NCBI GenBank assembly: GCA_038233815.1
Contig: JBBSVE010000001.1
Span: 7,341 to 71,340 of the forward strand
Direction of reading: 5' to 3'
Origin: Rhodobacterales bacterium
GTDB taxonomy: Bacteria; Pseudomonadota; Alphaproteobacteria; Rhodobacterales; Rhodobacteraceae
DNA length: 64,000 nucleotides
In this document: piece after piece, positions 35,491 to 44,371 of the stretch
How positions within the stretch are numbered: position 1 is the stretch's first letter
Layout of the letters: each line of letters begins with the position of its first letter
Translations under genes and position numbers: made by a program
Notes under the pieces: generated by a model
Told to the model about the DNA's origin: nothing
The model's input: only the letters and a program-made list of their open reading frames with translations
The model's database searches: none

Positions 35491-36231
35491 ATGTCCGAGC
35501 CGCACCCCCCGTCGCCGGTCATTCCGCCGACCTCTCCGCCAAAGAAACGCGGGCTCATCGGCGGGCTTCGGGGCAACTTCCTGACGGGGCTCGTGGTCCT
35601 GTTGCCGGTCGGCCTGACGCTCTGGCTGATCTGGACCTTCACGGGTTGGATCGACAGCTGGGTCATCCCCTTCATCCCCACCGCGTGGCGGCCCGAAACG
35701 CTGATCCGCACCTATACCGGCGACCGCTACGTGACCAACGTCCGCGGCGTCGGCGTCATCATCTTCCTCGTCTTCACGGTCGTCGTGGGCTGGGCTGCGC
35801 GCGGTTTGATCGGACGCAGCCTGATCGGGTTTGCGGAACGGCTCGTCGACCGGATGCCGGTCGTCCGCTCGGTCTACAATGGGCTGAAGCAGATCGCGGA
35901 GACGGTGTTCGCCCAGACCGACCAGAATTTCGAAAAGGCCTGCCTCGTCGAATATCCGCGCCCCGGAATCTGGGCCATCGGCTTCATCTCCACCCGCGCC
36001 AAGGGTGAGATCGCGGCACGGTTTCCCCCCGACACGGACCTGCTGTCGGTGTTTTTGCCCACCACGCCGAACCCTACGTCGGGGTTCCTTCTGTTCGTGC
36101 CGGAACGCGATGTGGTGCTGCTCGACATGAAGATCGAGGATGCGGCGAAGCTGATCATCTCCGCGGGGCTGGTGTACCCTCCGGGACAGATCGCGGGACT
36201 GGTCGCCCCTCCCGCCCGTGCCGCAGAATGA
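35491..36231 (+). CDS. DUF502 family membrane protein
   Basis: GLRGNFLTGLVVLLPVGLTLWLIW...VRSVYNGLKQI...LPTTPNPTSGFLLFVP are DUF502-typical motifs. GAGGAGG RBS precedes ATG 35491. Confidence 0.8.
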   Translation: MSEPHPPSPVIPPTSPPKKRGLIGGLRGNFLTGLVVLLPVGLTLWLIWTFTGWIDSWVIPFIPTAWRPETLIRTYTGDRYVTNVRGVGVIIFLVFTVVVGWAARGLIGRSLIGFAERLVDRMPVVRSVYNGLKQIAETVFAQTDQNFEKACLVEYPRPGIWAIGFISTRAKGEIAARFPPDTDLLSVFLPTTPNPTSGFLLFVPERDVVLLDMKIEDAAKLIISAGLVYPPGQIAGLVAPPARAAE

Positions 36232-36261
36232 TGACCCCCTGCGCGATCCACCCCACCGGCA

Positions 36262-36338
36262 TAAAAAAAGCGCCAGCCGAAGCTGGCGCCAAGTTATTGA
36301 GGCAGGTTCCATACAGGCAAGAAACCTATCGAGCAGTT
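36262..36338 (-). ncRNA. candidate orphan trans-acting sRNA (~77 nt), family not recognised
   Basis: A minus-strand promoter (CTTGGA-N17-GTATAT with a T7 tract just upstream of the -35) lies about 75-80 nt from a textbook terminator (GCGCCAGC-UUCG-GCUGGCGC-U7). An internal 7-bp hairpin AGGUUUC-N10-GGAACCU is complete only on the minus-strand RNA, where it uses a G-U pair that would be C-A on the plus strand. A single-stranded GCCUCAAUAACUU linker lies between the hairpins. No plausible ORF and no upstream minus-strand gene to terminate. Confidence 0.45.
36263..36290 (-). terminator. rho-independent terminator with UUCG tetraloop
   Basis: The plus strand reads AAAAAAA-GCGCCAGC-CGAA-GCTGGCGC, which on the minus strand is an 8-bp GC stem, a UUCG loop and U7. 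It may also stop plus-strand DUF502 transcripts, though only a weak T tract lies on that side. Confidence 0.75.
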
Positions 36339-36344
36339 GTTAAC

Positions 36345-36373
36345 ATATACGCCCTATGTCGCCGAAGTCCAAG
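36345..36373 (-). promoter_or_regulatory. candidate sigma70-type promoter of the orphan sRNA
   Basis: Minus strand -35 CTTGGA (36368-36373), a 17-nt spacer, and -10 GTATAT (36345-36350). Compare the alphaproteobacterial consensus CTTGAC-N17-CTATAT. A T7 UP-like tract lies at 36376-36382. Confidence 0.4.
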
Positions 36374-36436
36374 GCAAAAAAACCTTTCGCGAGGGGAATC
36401 TGCCGATTTCGTAACAGGTGCTACACGGAGCCGGGA

Positions 36437-38272
36437 ATGAGCCTGAGAAAGCGGGTTGATGCGCCAAGGGCATCGCTCGGGGCCGCCATTGCCCTCTTTC
36501 TGGGCGTTTTCTGCGGTCTGGCGCAGGCGGGGCCCGAAAATGGCATAGCTATGTATGGCAACCCCGCGTTACCACACGATTTTGTGTCCTTTCCCTATGC
36601 CAATCCCGACGCTCCGAAGGGCGGACGCATCGTGCTGGGGGAAACGGGGGGATTCGACTCGCTCAATCCCTTCATCCTGAAAGGCCGCGCCCCCGCAGAG
36701 CTTTCCGCGCTGACGGTGGAGACGCTGATGGTGCGCTCCATCGACGAGCCCTTCACGCTCTACGGCGCCCTCGCCGAATCGGTGGAGACGGATGCCGCGA
36801 GGAGCTACGTCGCCTTCACGCTGAGGGACGGCGCGCGGTTCTCCGACGGCAAGCCGGTGACGGTGGAGGATGTGCTCTGGTCCTTCCGCACGCTGGGCAC
36901 GGCGGGCAGCCCCCCGAATCCGCGCTATTCCGCGACCTGGTCCAAGGTGGCGCGGGCCGAGCAGACCGGCCCCCGCACGCTGCGTATCACTTTCACGGAG
37001 CCGGATCGGGAGTTGCCGCTGATCATGGCCGTGCGCCCGGTGCTGGAAAAGGCGCAGTGGGGGGGTCGGGATTTCGCAGCGGGCGGGATGGAGGCGCCCA
37101 TCGGCTCCGGCCCCTACGTCGTGGGCGCGTATGAGGCCGGGCGTTACATCACTTACGTCAAGAACCCTGACTGGTGGGGCAAGGATCTGCCGGTCAATCG
37201 CGGCCGCTGGAACTTCGACACGATCCGCACCGACTATTTCGGCGATGCGGACGTGATGTTCGAATCGTTCCGCGCCGGTGAGATCACCAGCTACCGGGAG
37301 AGCAATGCCGCGAAATGGGTGACGAACTACGATTTCCCCGCCGTCCGGTCTGGCACGATCGTGATGTCGGAGATCCCCCACCATCGCCCGTCCGGCATCG
37401 AGGGCTTCGTGATGAACACCCGTCGCCCGCTCTTCGCCGATTGGCAGGTGCGCGATGCGCTGATCCTCGCGTTCAATTCGGAACTGGCACAGAGGACGCT
37501 CGCGGGGGACGGGGCCCGGCGCATCCAGTCCTATTTCGGCAATTCGGACCTCGGCATGATGCCCGGAACGCCCGCGCCGGGTGCCGTTCGGGCGCTGCTG
37601 GCGCCCTACGCGGCGGACCTTATCCCCGGCGTGATGGAGGGTTACGCAGTGCCCGTGTCCGACGGCAGCCGCGCCAACCGCCGGAACCTGCGCGCGGCCA
37701 CGCGCGAACTGGCGGAGGCGGGCTGGACCAGCGCCGACGGCACGCTGCGGGACAGCCACGGCACGCCGTTCCGGTTCGAGATCCTGCTGACCAACGGTGC
37801 GGCGGAGACCGCCTCCATCGCCGCGATCTATGTCGATGCGCTGAAGCGGCTCGGGATCGAGGCGCGGATCACGACGGTCGATGCGGCCCAGATGAAGGCC
37901 CGGACCGACAGCTACGACTTCGACATGACCTACCTGATCCGCAACATGTCACTGTCGCCCGGCAACGAGCAGACGCTCTACTGGGGCTCGGACGGCGTCG
38001 CCTCTCCCGGCAGCCGCAACCTCATGGGGATGCATGTGCCCGCGGCGGAGGCGATCATTGCCCACATGCTCCGCGCCATCGACCGGGGCGATTTTGTGAC
38101 CTCGGTCAAGGCGCTGGACCGGATCCTGACGGCGGGGCGCTATGTGGTACCGTTCTGGTTCTCCACCGAAGGTCGGATCGCGCATGCGCGCACGCTGCAC
38201 TACCCCGACCGTATCCCGGTCTATGGCGACTGGCCCGGCTTTCAGCCCGATGTCTGGTGGTTCGCGCCCTGA
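36437..38272 (+). CDS. ABC transporter substrate-binding protein, family 5 (peptide/opine/microcin type, YejA-like)
   Basis: Signal peptide MSLRKRVDAPRASLGAAIALFLGVFCGLAQA and a roughly 580-aa SBP_bac_5-type body. GGAG precedes ATG 36437. The track ORF starts at 36356. Confidence 0.82.
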   Translation: MSLRKRVDAPRASLGAAIALFLGVFCGLAQAGPENGIAMYGNPALPHDFVSFPYANPDAPKGGRIVLGETGGFDSLNPFILKGRAPAELSALTVETLMVRSIDEPFTLYGALAESVETDAARSYVAFTLRDGARFSDGKPVTVEDVLWSFRTLGTAGSPPNPRYSATWSKVARAEQTGPRTLRITFTEPDRELPLIMAVRPVLEKAQWGGRDFAAGGMEAPIGSGPYVVGAYEAGRYITYVKNPDWWGKDLPVNRGRWNFDTIRTDYFGDADVMFESFRAGEITSYRESNAAKWVTNYDFPAVRSGTIVMSEIPHHRPSGIEGFVMNTRRPLFADWQVRDALILAFNSELAQRTLAGDGARRIQSYFGNSDLGMMPGTPAPGAVRALLAPYAADLIPGVMEGYAVPVSDGSRANRRNLRAATRELAEAGWTSADGTLRDSHGTPFRFEILLTNGAAETASIAAIYVDALKRLGIEARITTVDAAQMKARTDSYDFDMTYLIRNMSLSPGNEQTLYWGSDGVASPGSRNLMGMHVPAAEAIIAHMLRAIDRGDFVTSVKALDRILTAGRYVVPFWFSTEGRIAHARTLHYPDRIPVYGDWPGFQPDVWWFAP

Positions 38273-38351
38273 GGCCCCGCCTCGTCTGGCCATCCCGGAG
38301 CGGCGGCCTTATGGTCTCGGTCTTCCCTACCCACGTCCCCGGTGCCGCCTC

Positions 38352-38993
38352 ATGATTCGCCTCGACATCTTCTCCGACCCGGTCTGCCCCTGGTGCTATA
38401 TCGGCAAGGCCCATTTCGACCGGGCGCTGGAGGGACGTGCCGACCATCCGTTCGCGGTCGAATGGCATCCATTTCAGCTCAATCCCGATATGCCCGAGGG
38501 CGGCATGGACCGGCGCGACTATCTGGAGGCGAAGTTCGGCGGCAAGGCAAAGGCGGTGGATGTCTATGCCCGCATCGAGGCGGCCGCGAAGGAGGCGGGG
38601 GTGGAGATCGATTTTGCCGCCATGACGCGCACCCCGACCACGCTGGACGCGCACCGCCTGATCCATTGGGCCGGGCTGGAGGGGCGGCAAGGCGCGGTGG
38701 TTTCCGCGCTCTTTCGCGCCTATTTCCGCGACGGGCGCGATATCGGCGACCGGACTGTGCTGGAGGCGATCGCGACCGCATCCGGCATGGACGGCCCCGT
38801 GACGGCGCGCCTTCTGGCGACTGACGCCGACCGTGACGATCTGGCCGCGCGGGATCGGGACGCGCGCGCAAAGGGCGTCACCGCGGTGCCGACCTTCCTC
38901 GTGGCGCAGCAATATGTGCTGGCGGGCGCGCAGTCGCCGGAGGTCTGGCGCACCGTCATCGACGAGCTGTCCACGACGGCCGGGCCGGAATGA
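38352..38993 (+). CDS. DsbA-family thioredoxin-fold oxidoreductase (FrnE / 2-hydroxychromene-2-carboxylate isomerase-like)
   Basis: MIRLDIFSDPVCPWCYIGKAHFDRAL contains the CPWC active site. C-terminal VTAVPTFLV motif. The track ORF is over-extended from 38142. Confidence 0.85.
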   Translation: MIRLDIFSDPVCPWCYIGKAHFDRALEGRADHPFAVEWHPFQLNPDMPEGGMDRRDYLEAKFGGKAKAVDVYARIEAAAKEAGVEIDFAAMTRTPTTLDAHRLIHWAGLEGRQGAVVSALFRAYFRDGRDIGDRTVLEAIATASGMDGPVTARLLATDADRDDLAARDRDARAKGVTAVPTFLVAQQYVLAGAQSPEVWRTVIDELSTTAGPE

Positions 38994-40219
38994 CCGCCAC
39001 CCCGCGCGAGCAGATCCTCATCGCCCACACGCCGAGGCTCGACCCGCGCGAGTTCATCGCGCTCATCGCCATGCTCTTCGCAACCATCGCCTTCTCCATC
39101 GACGCGATGCTGCCCGCCCTGCCCCGGATCGCTGCCGAACTCACGCCGGACGCGCCCAACGCGGCGCAACTCATCATCACGAGCTTCGTTCTGGGCATGG
39201 GACTCGGCACGCTTGTCGCGGGTCCGCTGTCGGATGCGTTTGGCAGGAAGCGGATCATCGTCATCGGGGCGGCGCTCTACTGCACCGGGGCGCTGGCCGC
39301 GCATTTCGCGCCGACGTTGCCGTCACTGCTGGCCGCCCGCATCGTGATGGGGCTGGGTGCTGCGGGGCCACGCATCGTCTCGCTGGCTTTGGTGCGCGAC
39401 CTCTACAAGGGGCGAGAGATGGCGCGGGTCGTGAGCTTCGCCATGATGATCTTTACCCTCGTGCCCGCTGTGGCACCGCTTCTGGGAACCGCCATCATCG
39501 GTGCGTTCGGCTGGCGGTCGATCTTTCTGGCATTCCTCTTCTTCTCCGCCCTTTCAATGGTCTGGCTCTGCGTCCGCCAGCCGGAGACGCTGCCCGCCCC
39601 GCTCCGCCGTCCGCTGGAGGGCGCGCGTCTGTTGGCCGCCCTGCGCGAGGTGCTGTCCAACCGCACCATCGTGACCGCCATTGCTGTGCAGACGCTGATT
39701 TTCGGCGCGCTCTTCGGAGTGCTGTCCTCCACCCAGTCGATCTTCGATCAGACCTTCGGGCGCGCGGATACGTTCCCGGTCTGGTTCGCGATGATCGCGC
39801 TGATCGCGGGGATGGGGAGCTTTCTCAATGCGCATCTCGTGGGCAGGCTCGGGATGCGGTGGCTGATCACCACCACGCTGGGGGTGGAGATCGCGCTTTC
39901 CGCAACGATGGCGCTGATGACCGGCTTGGACCTCTGGCCCGAGGCAATGGCGTTCCCCGCGTTCCTTTTGTGGATGGTCAGCCTGTTTGCGATGACGGGC
40001 CTGACGCTCGGCAACCTCAACGCTCTGGCGCTGGAGCCTGTGGGCCACATCGCCGGCATGGCGGCCAGCGTCACGGGGTCGATCTCCACCGTGCTGGCGG
40101 TCGGTCTGGCGGCACCCCTCGGCCTCGCCTTCGACGGCACGCCGGAGCCGCTGGCCATCGGCGTGACGGTGCTGACCGTGGTTGCGTTTCTTCTGATGCG
40201 GTCGATGCCGCGAAGTTGA
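38990..40219 (+). CDS. MFS transporter, Bcr/CflA drug-resistance subfamily-like
   Basis: 12-TM MFS with GPLSDAFGRKRIIVIGAALY (motif A region). The ATG overlaps the preceding stop (ATGA). Confidence 0.85.
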   Translation: MTATPREQILIAHTPRLDPREFIALIAMLFATIAFSIDAMLPALPRIAAELTPDAPNAAQLIITSFVLGMGLGTLVAGPLSDAFGRKRIIVIGAALYCTGALAAHFAPTLPSLLAARIVMGLGAAGPRIVSLALVRDLYKGREMARVVSFAMMIFTLVPAVAPLLGTAIIGAFGWRSIFLAFLFFSALSMVWLCVRQPETLPAPLRRPLEGARLLAALREVLSNRTIVTAIAVQTLIFGALFGVLSSTQSIFDQTFGRADTFPVWFAMIALIAGMGSFLNAHLVGRLGMRWLITTTLGVEIALSATMALMTGLDLWPEAMAFPAFLLWMVSLFAMTGLTLGNLNALALEPVGHIAGMAASVTGSISTVLAVGLAAPLGLAFDGTPEPLAIGVTVLTVVAFLLMRSMPRS

Positions 40220-40224
40220 GCGGT

Positions 40225-43200
40225 TCAGGCCTTCTCGGCCCGCCGCGCCTCCGCCAGATCCTTCGCGATCCCGAACGCGCCCTTGATCCGGGCGCCTTCG
40301 GTCTTCCAGTCGGCCAGCAGCACGATCTTGTTGCCTGACACGCGGGCATCCGGTTGCGCCTTGATGAAATCGACGAGGCCTGCGGGATTGGCGAACTTGT
40401 CCTGATGGAACTGCACGGTCGCCCCCTTTGGCCCCGCGTCGAGCCGCGCGATCCCCGCCCGCTTGCACATCGCCTTGATACGGACGACCTGCAGCAACGT
40501 GTTGACCTCCTTCGGCACCGGGCCGAAGCGGTCGATCAGTTCGGCGGCGAATCCCTCCAGCTCCACCTTCGTCGAAAGGTTGGAAAGCCTGCGGTAGAGC
40601 CCCAGCCGCAGATCCAGATCCGGGACGTAAGCCTCCGGGATCAGCACTGGCACGCCGAGGTTCAGGTTCGGCGCCCACTGGTCGTCAACCTCCGCCAGCC
40701 CGCCGAGCTCGCCCGAGCGGAGCTTGGCGATCGTATCCTCCAGCATCGACTGGTAAAGCTCGTAGCCCACCTCCTTGATATGCCCCGACTGTTCTTCGCC
40801 CAGCAAATTCCCAGCACCCCGCAGATCGAGATCGTGCGAGGCGAGGTTGAACCCCGCGCCCAGGCTGTCGAGGCTGCCCAGCAGCCGAAGCCGCTTCAAC
40901 GCCTGCGGGGTCAGCGGCACGCGCGGCTTGGTGGTGAGGTAGCAATAGGCCCGGGTTTTGGCGCGCCCCACGCGGCCCCGGATCTGGTAGAGCTGGCTCA
41001 GCCCGAACATGTCCGGGCGGTGCACGATCATCGTGTTGGCGGTGGGGATGTCGAGGCCCGATTCCACGATAGAGGTGGCCACCAGCACATCCGCCTTGCC
41101 GTCGTAAAAATCGTTCATTCGCGCGTCGAGATCATTCGCCGCAAGCTGTCCGTGCGCCACGAGGTAGCTGACCTCCGGCACCTGGGTTTTCAGGAAATCC
41201 TCCACGAATGGCAGGTCGGAGATGCGCGGCACGACATAGAACGACTGCCCGCCCCGGTAGCGTTCGCGCAGCAAGGCCTCGCGGATCGTGACCGTGTCGA
41301 ACTCGGCTACATAGGTGCGGATCGCAAGCCGGTCGACCGGCGGCGTCGCGATGATGGAGAGGTCGCGCACGCCCGTGAGGCTCAGTTGAAGCGTCCGCGG
41401 GATCGGGGTCGCGGTAAGCGTCAGGACATGGACCTCGGCCCGCATCTCTTTCAACCGCTCCTTGTGGGAGACGCCGAAATGCTGCTCCTCGTCGATCACC
41501 AGAAGGCCGAGGTTCTTGAACCGGTTGCCCTTGGCAAAGACTGCATGGGTGCCGACGACGATATCGACCGATCCATCCGCCAGCCCCACGCGGGTCGCGG
41601 CGGCATCCTTTGCCGTAACAAACCGCGACAATGGGCGGATGTTGATGGGAAATCCGCGAAACCGCTCAGCGAAAGCGCGGAAATGCTGGCGCGCCAGAAG
41701 CGTCGTGGGGCAGACCACCGCGACCTGCATTCCAGACAGCGCCGCCACGAAGGCGGCGCGCATCGCCACCTCGGTCTTGCCGAAGCCCACGTCGCCCACG
41801 ATCAGCCGGTCCATCGGCGATCCCGCCTCCAGATCCGTCATCACGTCGGCGATGGCGGAGAGTTGGTCTTCCGTCTCCGTATAGGGGAACCGGGCGGCAA
41901 ACGCTTCCCACATCGCGTGGGGCGCGTCGAGGATCGGCGCTTTTCTCAGCAGCCGTTCGGCGGCGATCCGCATCAGGCGCTCCGCGATCTCGCGGATGCG
42001 GGCCTTCAGCTTAGCCTTCTTCGCCTGCCACGCACCGCCGCCCAGACGGTCGAGCAAGCCGTCCTCATGCCCGTAACGGCTCAGAAGTTCGATATTCTCC
42101 ACCGGCAGGTAAAGCTTCGCGCTCTCGGCATATTCGATGGCGAGACATTCGTGCGCGGCCCCCAGCGCCGTGATCGTCTCCAGCCCGTGATAGCGCCCGA
42201 CACCGTGCTCCACATGGACCACCAGATCGCCGGGCGACAGCGTTTCCACGTCGCGCAGGAAATTCTCGGCCTTCCGGCGGCGGCGCGGTTTCGTCACCAT
42301 CCGGTCGCCCAGAACGTCCTGTTCGGAGATTACCGCAAGTCCCGGTGCGGTGAAGCCGGCCTCCAGCGGCCAGATCAGCAGCGACAGGCCGCCCTTGCCA
42401 TCGGGCAGATCGCGCAGGTCTGCGCGCTCGATGAAACCTTCCACGCCCTCGTCGGCCAGAAGCCCGCCCAGCCGTTCCCGCGCGCCTTCGGACCAGCTGG
42501 CGATGACCACCTGTCCATCCTTGCGCAGTGCGCGAAGATGATCCGACAGCGCCTTGAAGAGGCTCACATTCTCCTGCTGGCGCTCGGGTGCAAAGCTGCG
42601 CCCGATGCGGCCGCCTGCATCCAGCACGCCTGGCCCCGGCGATTGCGCCAGCGGCGACATCTGGATGACGCGGAGCCCCTCCAGCGCCGCAGCCCACGCC
42701 GCATCGTCGAGATAGAGCAGCCCCGGCTCCACCGGCTTGTAGACCGTGTCCTGCCGGCCGCGGGCCGCCGACGCCTCCCGCCGCGCGTCATACTGGTCGT
42801 CGATCCCCTCCCAGCGCGCGACGCGGGCCGGTTCGACCTGATCGTCGAGCATCACGCAAGCGTCGGGGAGGTAGTCGAACACCGTCTCCAGTCGGTCATG
42901 GAAGAAGGGCAGCCAATGCTCCATCCCCTGATGCTTGCGCCCCGCGCTCACCGCCTCGTAGAGCGGATCGTCCGACCCGCCCGCGCCGAACGCGACGCGG
43001 TAATTCTGCCGGAAGCGGGCGATCGCGGCATCGTCGAGGATCACCTCGGACACCGGCGCGAAGTCGATGGATTTCAGCTTTTCCACGGTGCGCTGGGTCT
43101 CGGGGTCGAACCGCCGCGCGCCGTCCAGCACGTCGCCGAACAAATCGAGCCGGACCGGCCCCCCCGGTCCCGGCGGATAGATGTCGATGATCCCGCCCCG

Positions 43201-43680
43201 GATCGCATAATCGCCCGGCTCTGCCACCGTCGTGCTCGGCGTGAAGCCCATTCGCGTGAGGAACCCGCGCAGCCGCGCCTCATCCACCCGGTCGCCCACA
43301 TGGGCGGAGAAGGCCGCATCGCGCAGCACGTCGCGCGTGGGCAGCCGCTGGGTCGCGGCATTGAGCGTCGTCAGCAGGACCAGCGGGCCCCGCATCCCCT
43401 CCGCCAGGGCCGCGAGGGTCGCCATCCTGCGCGATACGATGTCGGGGTTGGGCGACACGCGGTCGAACGGCAGACAGTCCCACGCGGGAAGCTCCAGCAC
43501 CGCGAGACCCGGCGCAACCACGGCCAGCGAGGCGCGCGTCGCCTCCAGCCGTTTGTCGTCGCGGGCCACATGGATGACCGGCGCGCCGCGCGCGGCCTCG
43601 CGCGCGATCAGGATCGCGTCGAACCCCTCCGGCGCACCGCCGAGCGTGATCCGCGTGCCTGCCATCTTGCCATCCATCAT
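40225..43680 (-). CDS. mfd: transcription-repair coupling factor
   Basis: 1151 aa. CarD/RNAP-interaction domain (GDLVVHVEHGVGRY), superfamily-2 helicase motifs (GDVGFGKTEVAMRAAF, DEEQHFGV), and a TRCF C-terminal domain. Confidence 0.95.
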   Translation of the reverse strand: MMDGKMAGTRITLGGAPEGFDAILIAREAARGAPVIHVARDDKRLEATRASLAVVAPGLAVLELPAWDCLPFDRVSPNPDIVSRRMATLAALAEGMRGPLVLLTTLNAATQRLPTRDVLRDAAFSAHVGDRVDEARLRGFLTRMGFTPSTTVAEPGDYAIRGGIIDIYPPGPGGPVRLDLFGDVLDGARRFDPETQRTVEKLKSIDFAPVSEVILDDAAIARFRQNYRVAFGAGGSDDPLYEAVSAGRKHQGMEHWLPFFHDRLETVFDYLPDACVMLDDQVEPARVARWEGIDDQYDARREASAARGRQDTVYKPVEPGLLYLDDAAWAAALEGLRVIQMSPLAQSPGPGVLDAGGRIGRSFAPERQQENVSLFKALSDHLRALRKDGQVVIASWSEGARERLGGLLADEGVEGFIERADLRDLPDGKGGLSLLIWPLEAGFTAPGLAVISEQDVLGDRMVTKPRRRRKAENFLRDVETLSPGDLVVHVEHGVGRYHGLETITALGAAHECLAIEYAESAKLYLPVENIELLSRYGHEDGLLDRLGGGAWQAKKAKLKARIREIAERLMRIAAERLLRKAPILDAPHAMWEAFAARFPYTETEDQLSAIADVMTDLEAGSPMDRLIVGDVGFGKTEVAMRAAFVAALSGMQVAVVCPTTLLARQHFRAFAERFRGFPINIRPLSRFVTAKDAAATRVGLADGSVDIVVGTHAVFAKGNRFKNLGLLVIDEEQHFGVSHKERLKEMRAEVHVLTLTATPIPRTLQLSLTGVRDLSIIATPPVDRLAIRTYVAEFDTVTIREALLRERYRGGQSFYVVPRISDLPFVEDFLKTQVPEVSYLVAHGQLAANDLDARMNDFYDGKADVLVATSIVESGLDIPTANTMIVHRPDMFGLSQLYQIRGRVGRAKTRAYCYLTTKPRVPLTPQALKRLRLLGSLDSLGAGFNLASHDLDLRGAGNLLGEEQSGHIKEVGYELYQSMLEDTIAKLRSGELGGLAEVDDQWAPNLNLGVPVLIPEAYVPDLDLRLGLYRRLSNLSTKVELEGFAAELIDRFGPVPKEVNTLLQVVRIKAMCKRAGIARLDAGPKGATVQFHQDKFANPAGLVDFIKAQPDARVSGNKIVLLADWKTEGARIKGAFGIAKDLAEARRAEKA

Positions 43681-43695
43681 CCTGCGCGCCTCATC

Positions 43696-44217
43696 TCAGA
43701 CCGCCCCGAACGCGAGATTGTGCCACATCCCCCAGAGGGCTGTGACGAAGATGGAGATCATTCCGATGGCCTGCACGGTGATCCGGTGCCGCCCGAGGAT
43801 ATCGGCAATCTCGCCCGCCCCGTAGCCGCCAGCGTCGATGGCCCGCGCGGCGCGCAGGCTCAGCGCACCCACGATCGTCATCGGCACCGCAAGCAGAAAG
43901 AAAGCCTGCGCGATCTCAATGCCGTAGAGAAAGCCCAAAAGCCCGAGCAGCGTCAGCGCGAACGCCACCACCCCCACCAGCCACAGCCCCGCCACGGGGC
44001 CGATCCGCACGATACGGCGCACGTTGAGCGCGGTCATCGCCACCATGTCGTCGGCCGCCTGCCCGCCATGCCGCCGCGCCTCGGTCACCATGTCGTAAGG
44101 CACGCCAAGCACCCAATGGCTCAACGACGACCACAGCACCGCAAGCGAGATCCAGAACCAGAGGTTGGAAAAGGACCGCAGGTCGATCGTCGCGAATATC
44201 GTCTTCGTCACGTCCAA
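43696..44217 (-). CDS. polytopic membrane protein of unknown function
   Basis: 173 aa with about 4 predicted TM helices, 15 nt upstream of mfd on the same strand. Family not recognised. Confidence 0.6.
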   Translation of the reverse strand: MDVTKTIFATIDLRSFSNLWFWISLAVLWSSLSHWVLGVPYDMVTEARRHGGQAADDMVAMTALNVRRIVRIGPVAGLWLVGVVAFALTLLGLLGFLYGIEIAQAFFLLAVPMTIVGALSLRAARAIDAGGYGAGEIADILGRHRITVQAIGMISIFVTALWGMWHNLAFGAV

Positions 44218-44371
44218 GCGTCGGTTCCGCCCTCACATCCGCGGCCCGGACCGGACCTCTATCCCGCCCTTGAGCACCGGGCGTTTCCATGGCAGGCAGA
44301 GCCTTGCTGCGCAAGCCCCCCGGATGCCATGGTGCCGGGCGCTGCAGACGCCGCCGCACAGGACCCGCCCC

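Noticed and set aside
36291-36312. Possibility that the candidate sRNA region encodes a small protein (ATG GAA CCT... at 36312 on the minus strand).
   Set aside because: That frame is just the beginning of the 402-aa antisense shadow ORF 35104-36312. It reads straight through the terminator hairpin and the DUF502 gene. It has no RBS, and its sequence is low-complexity.
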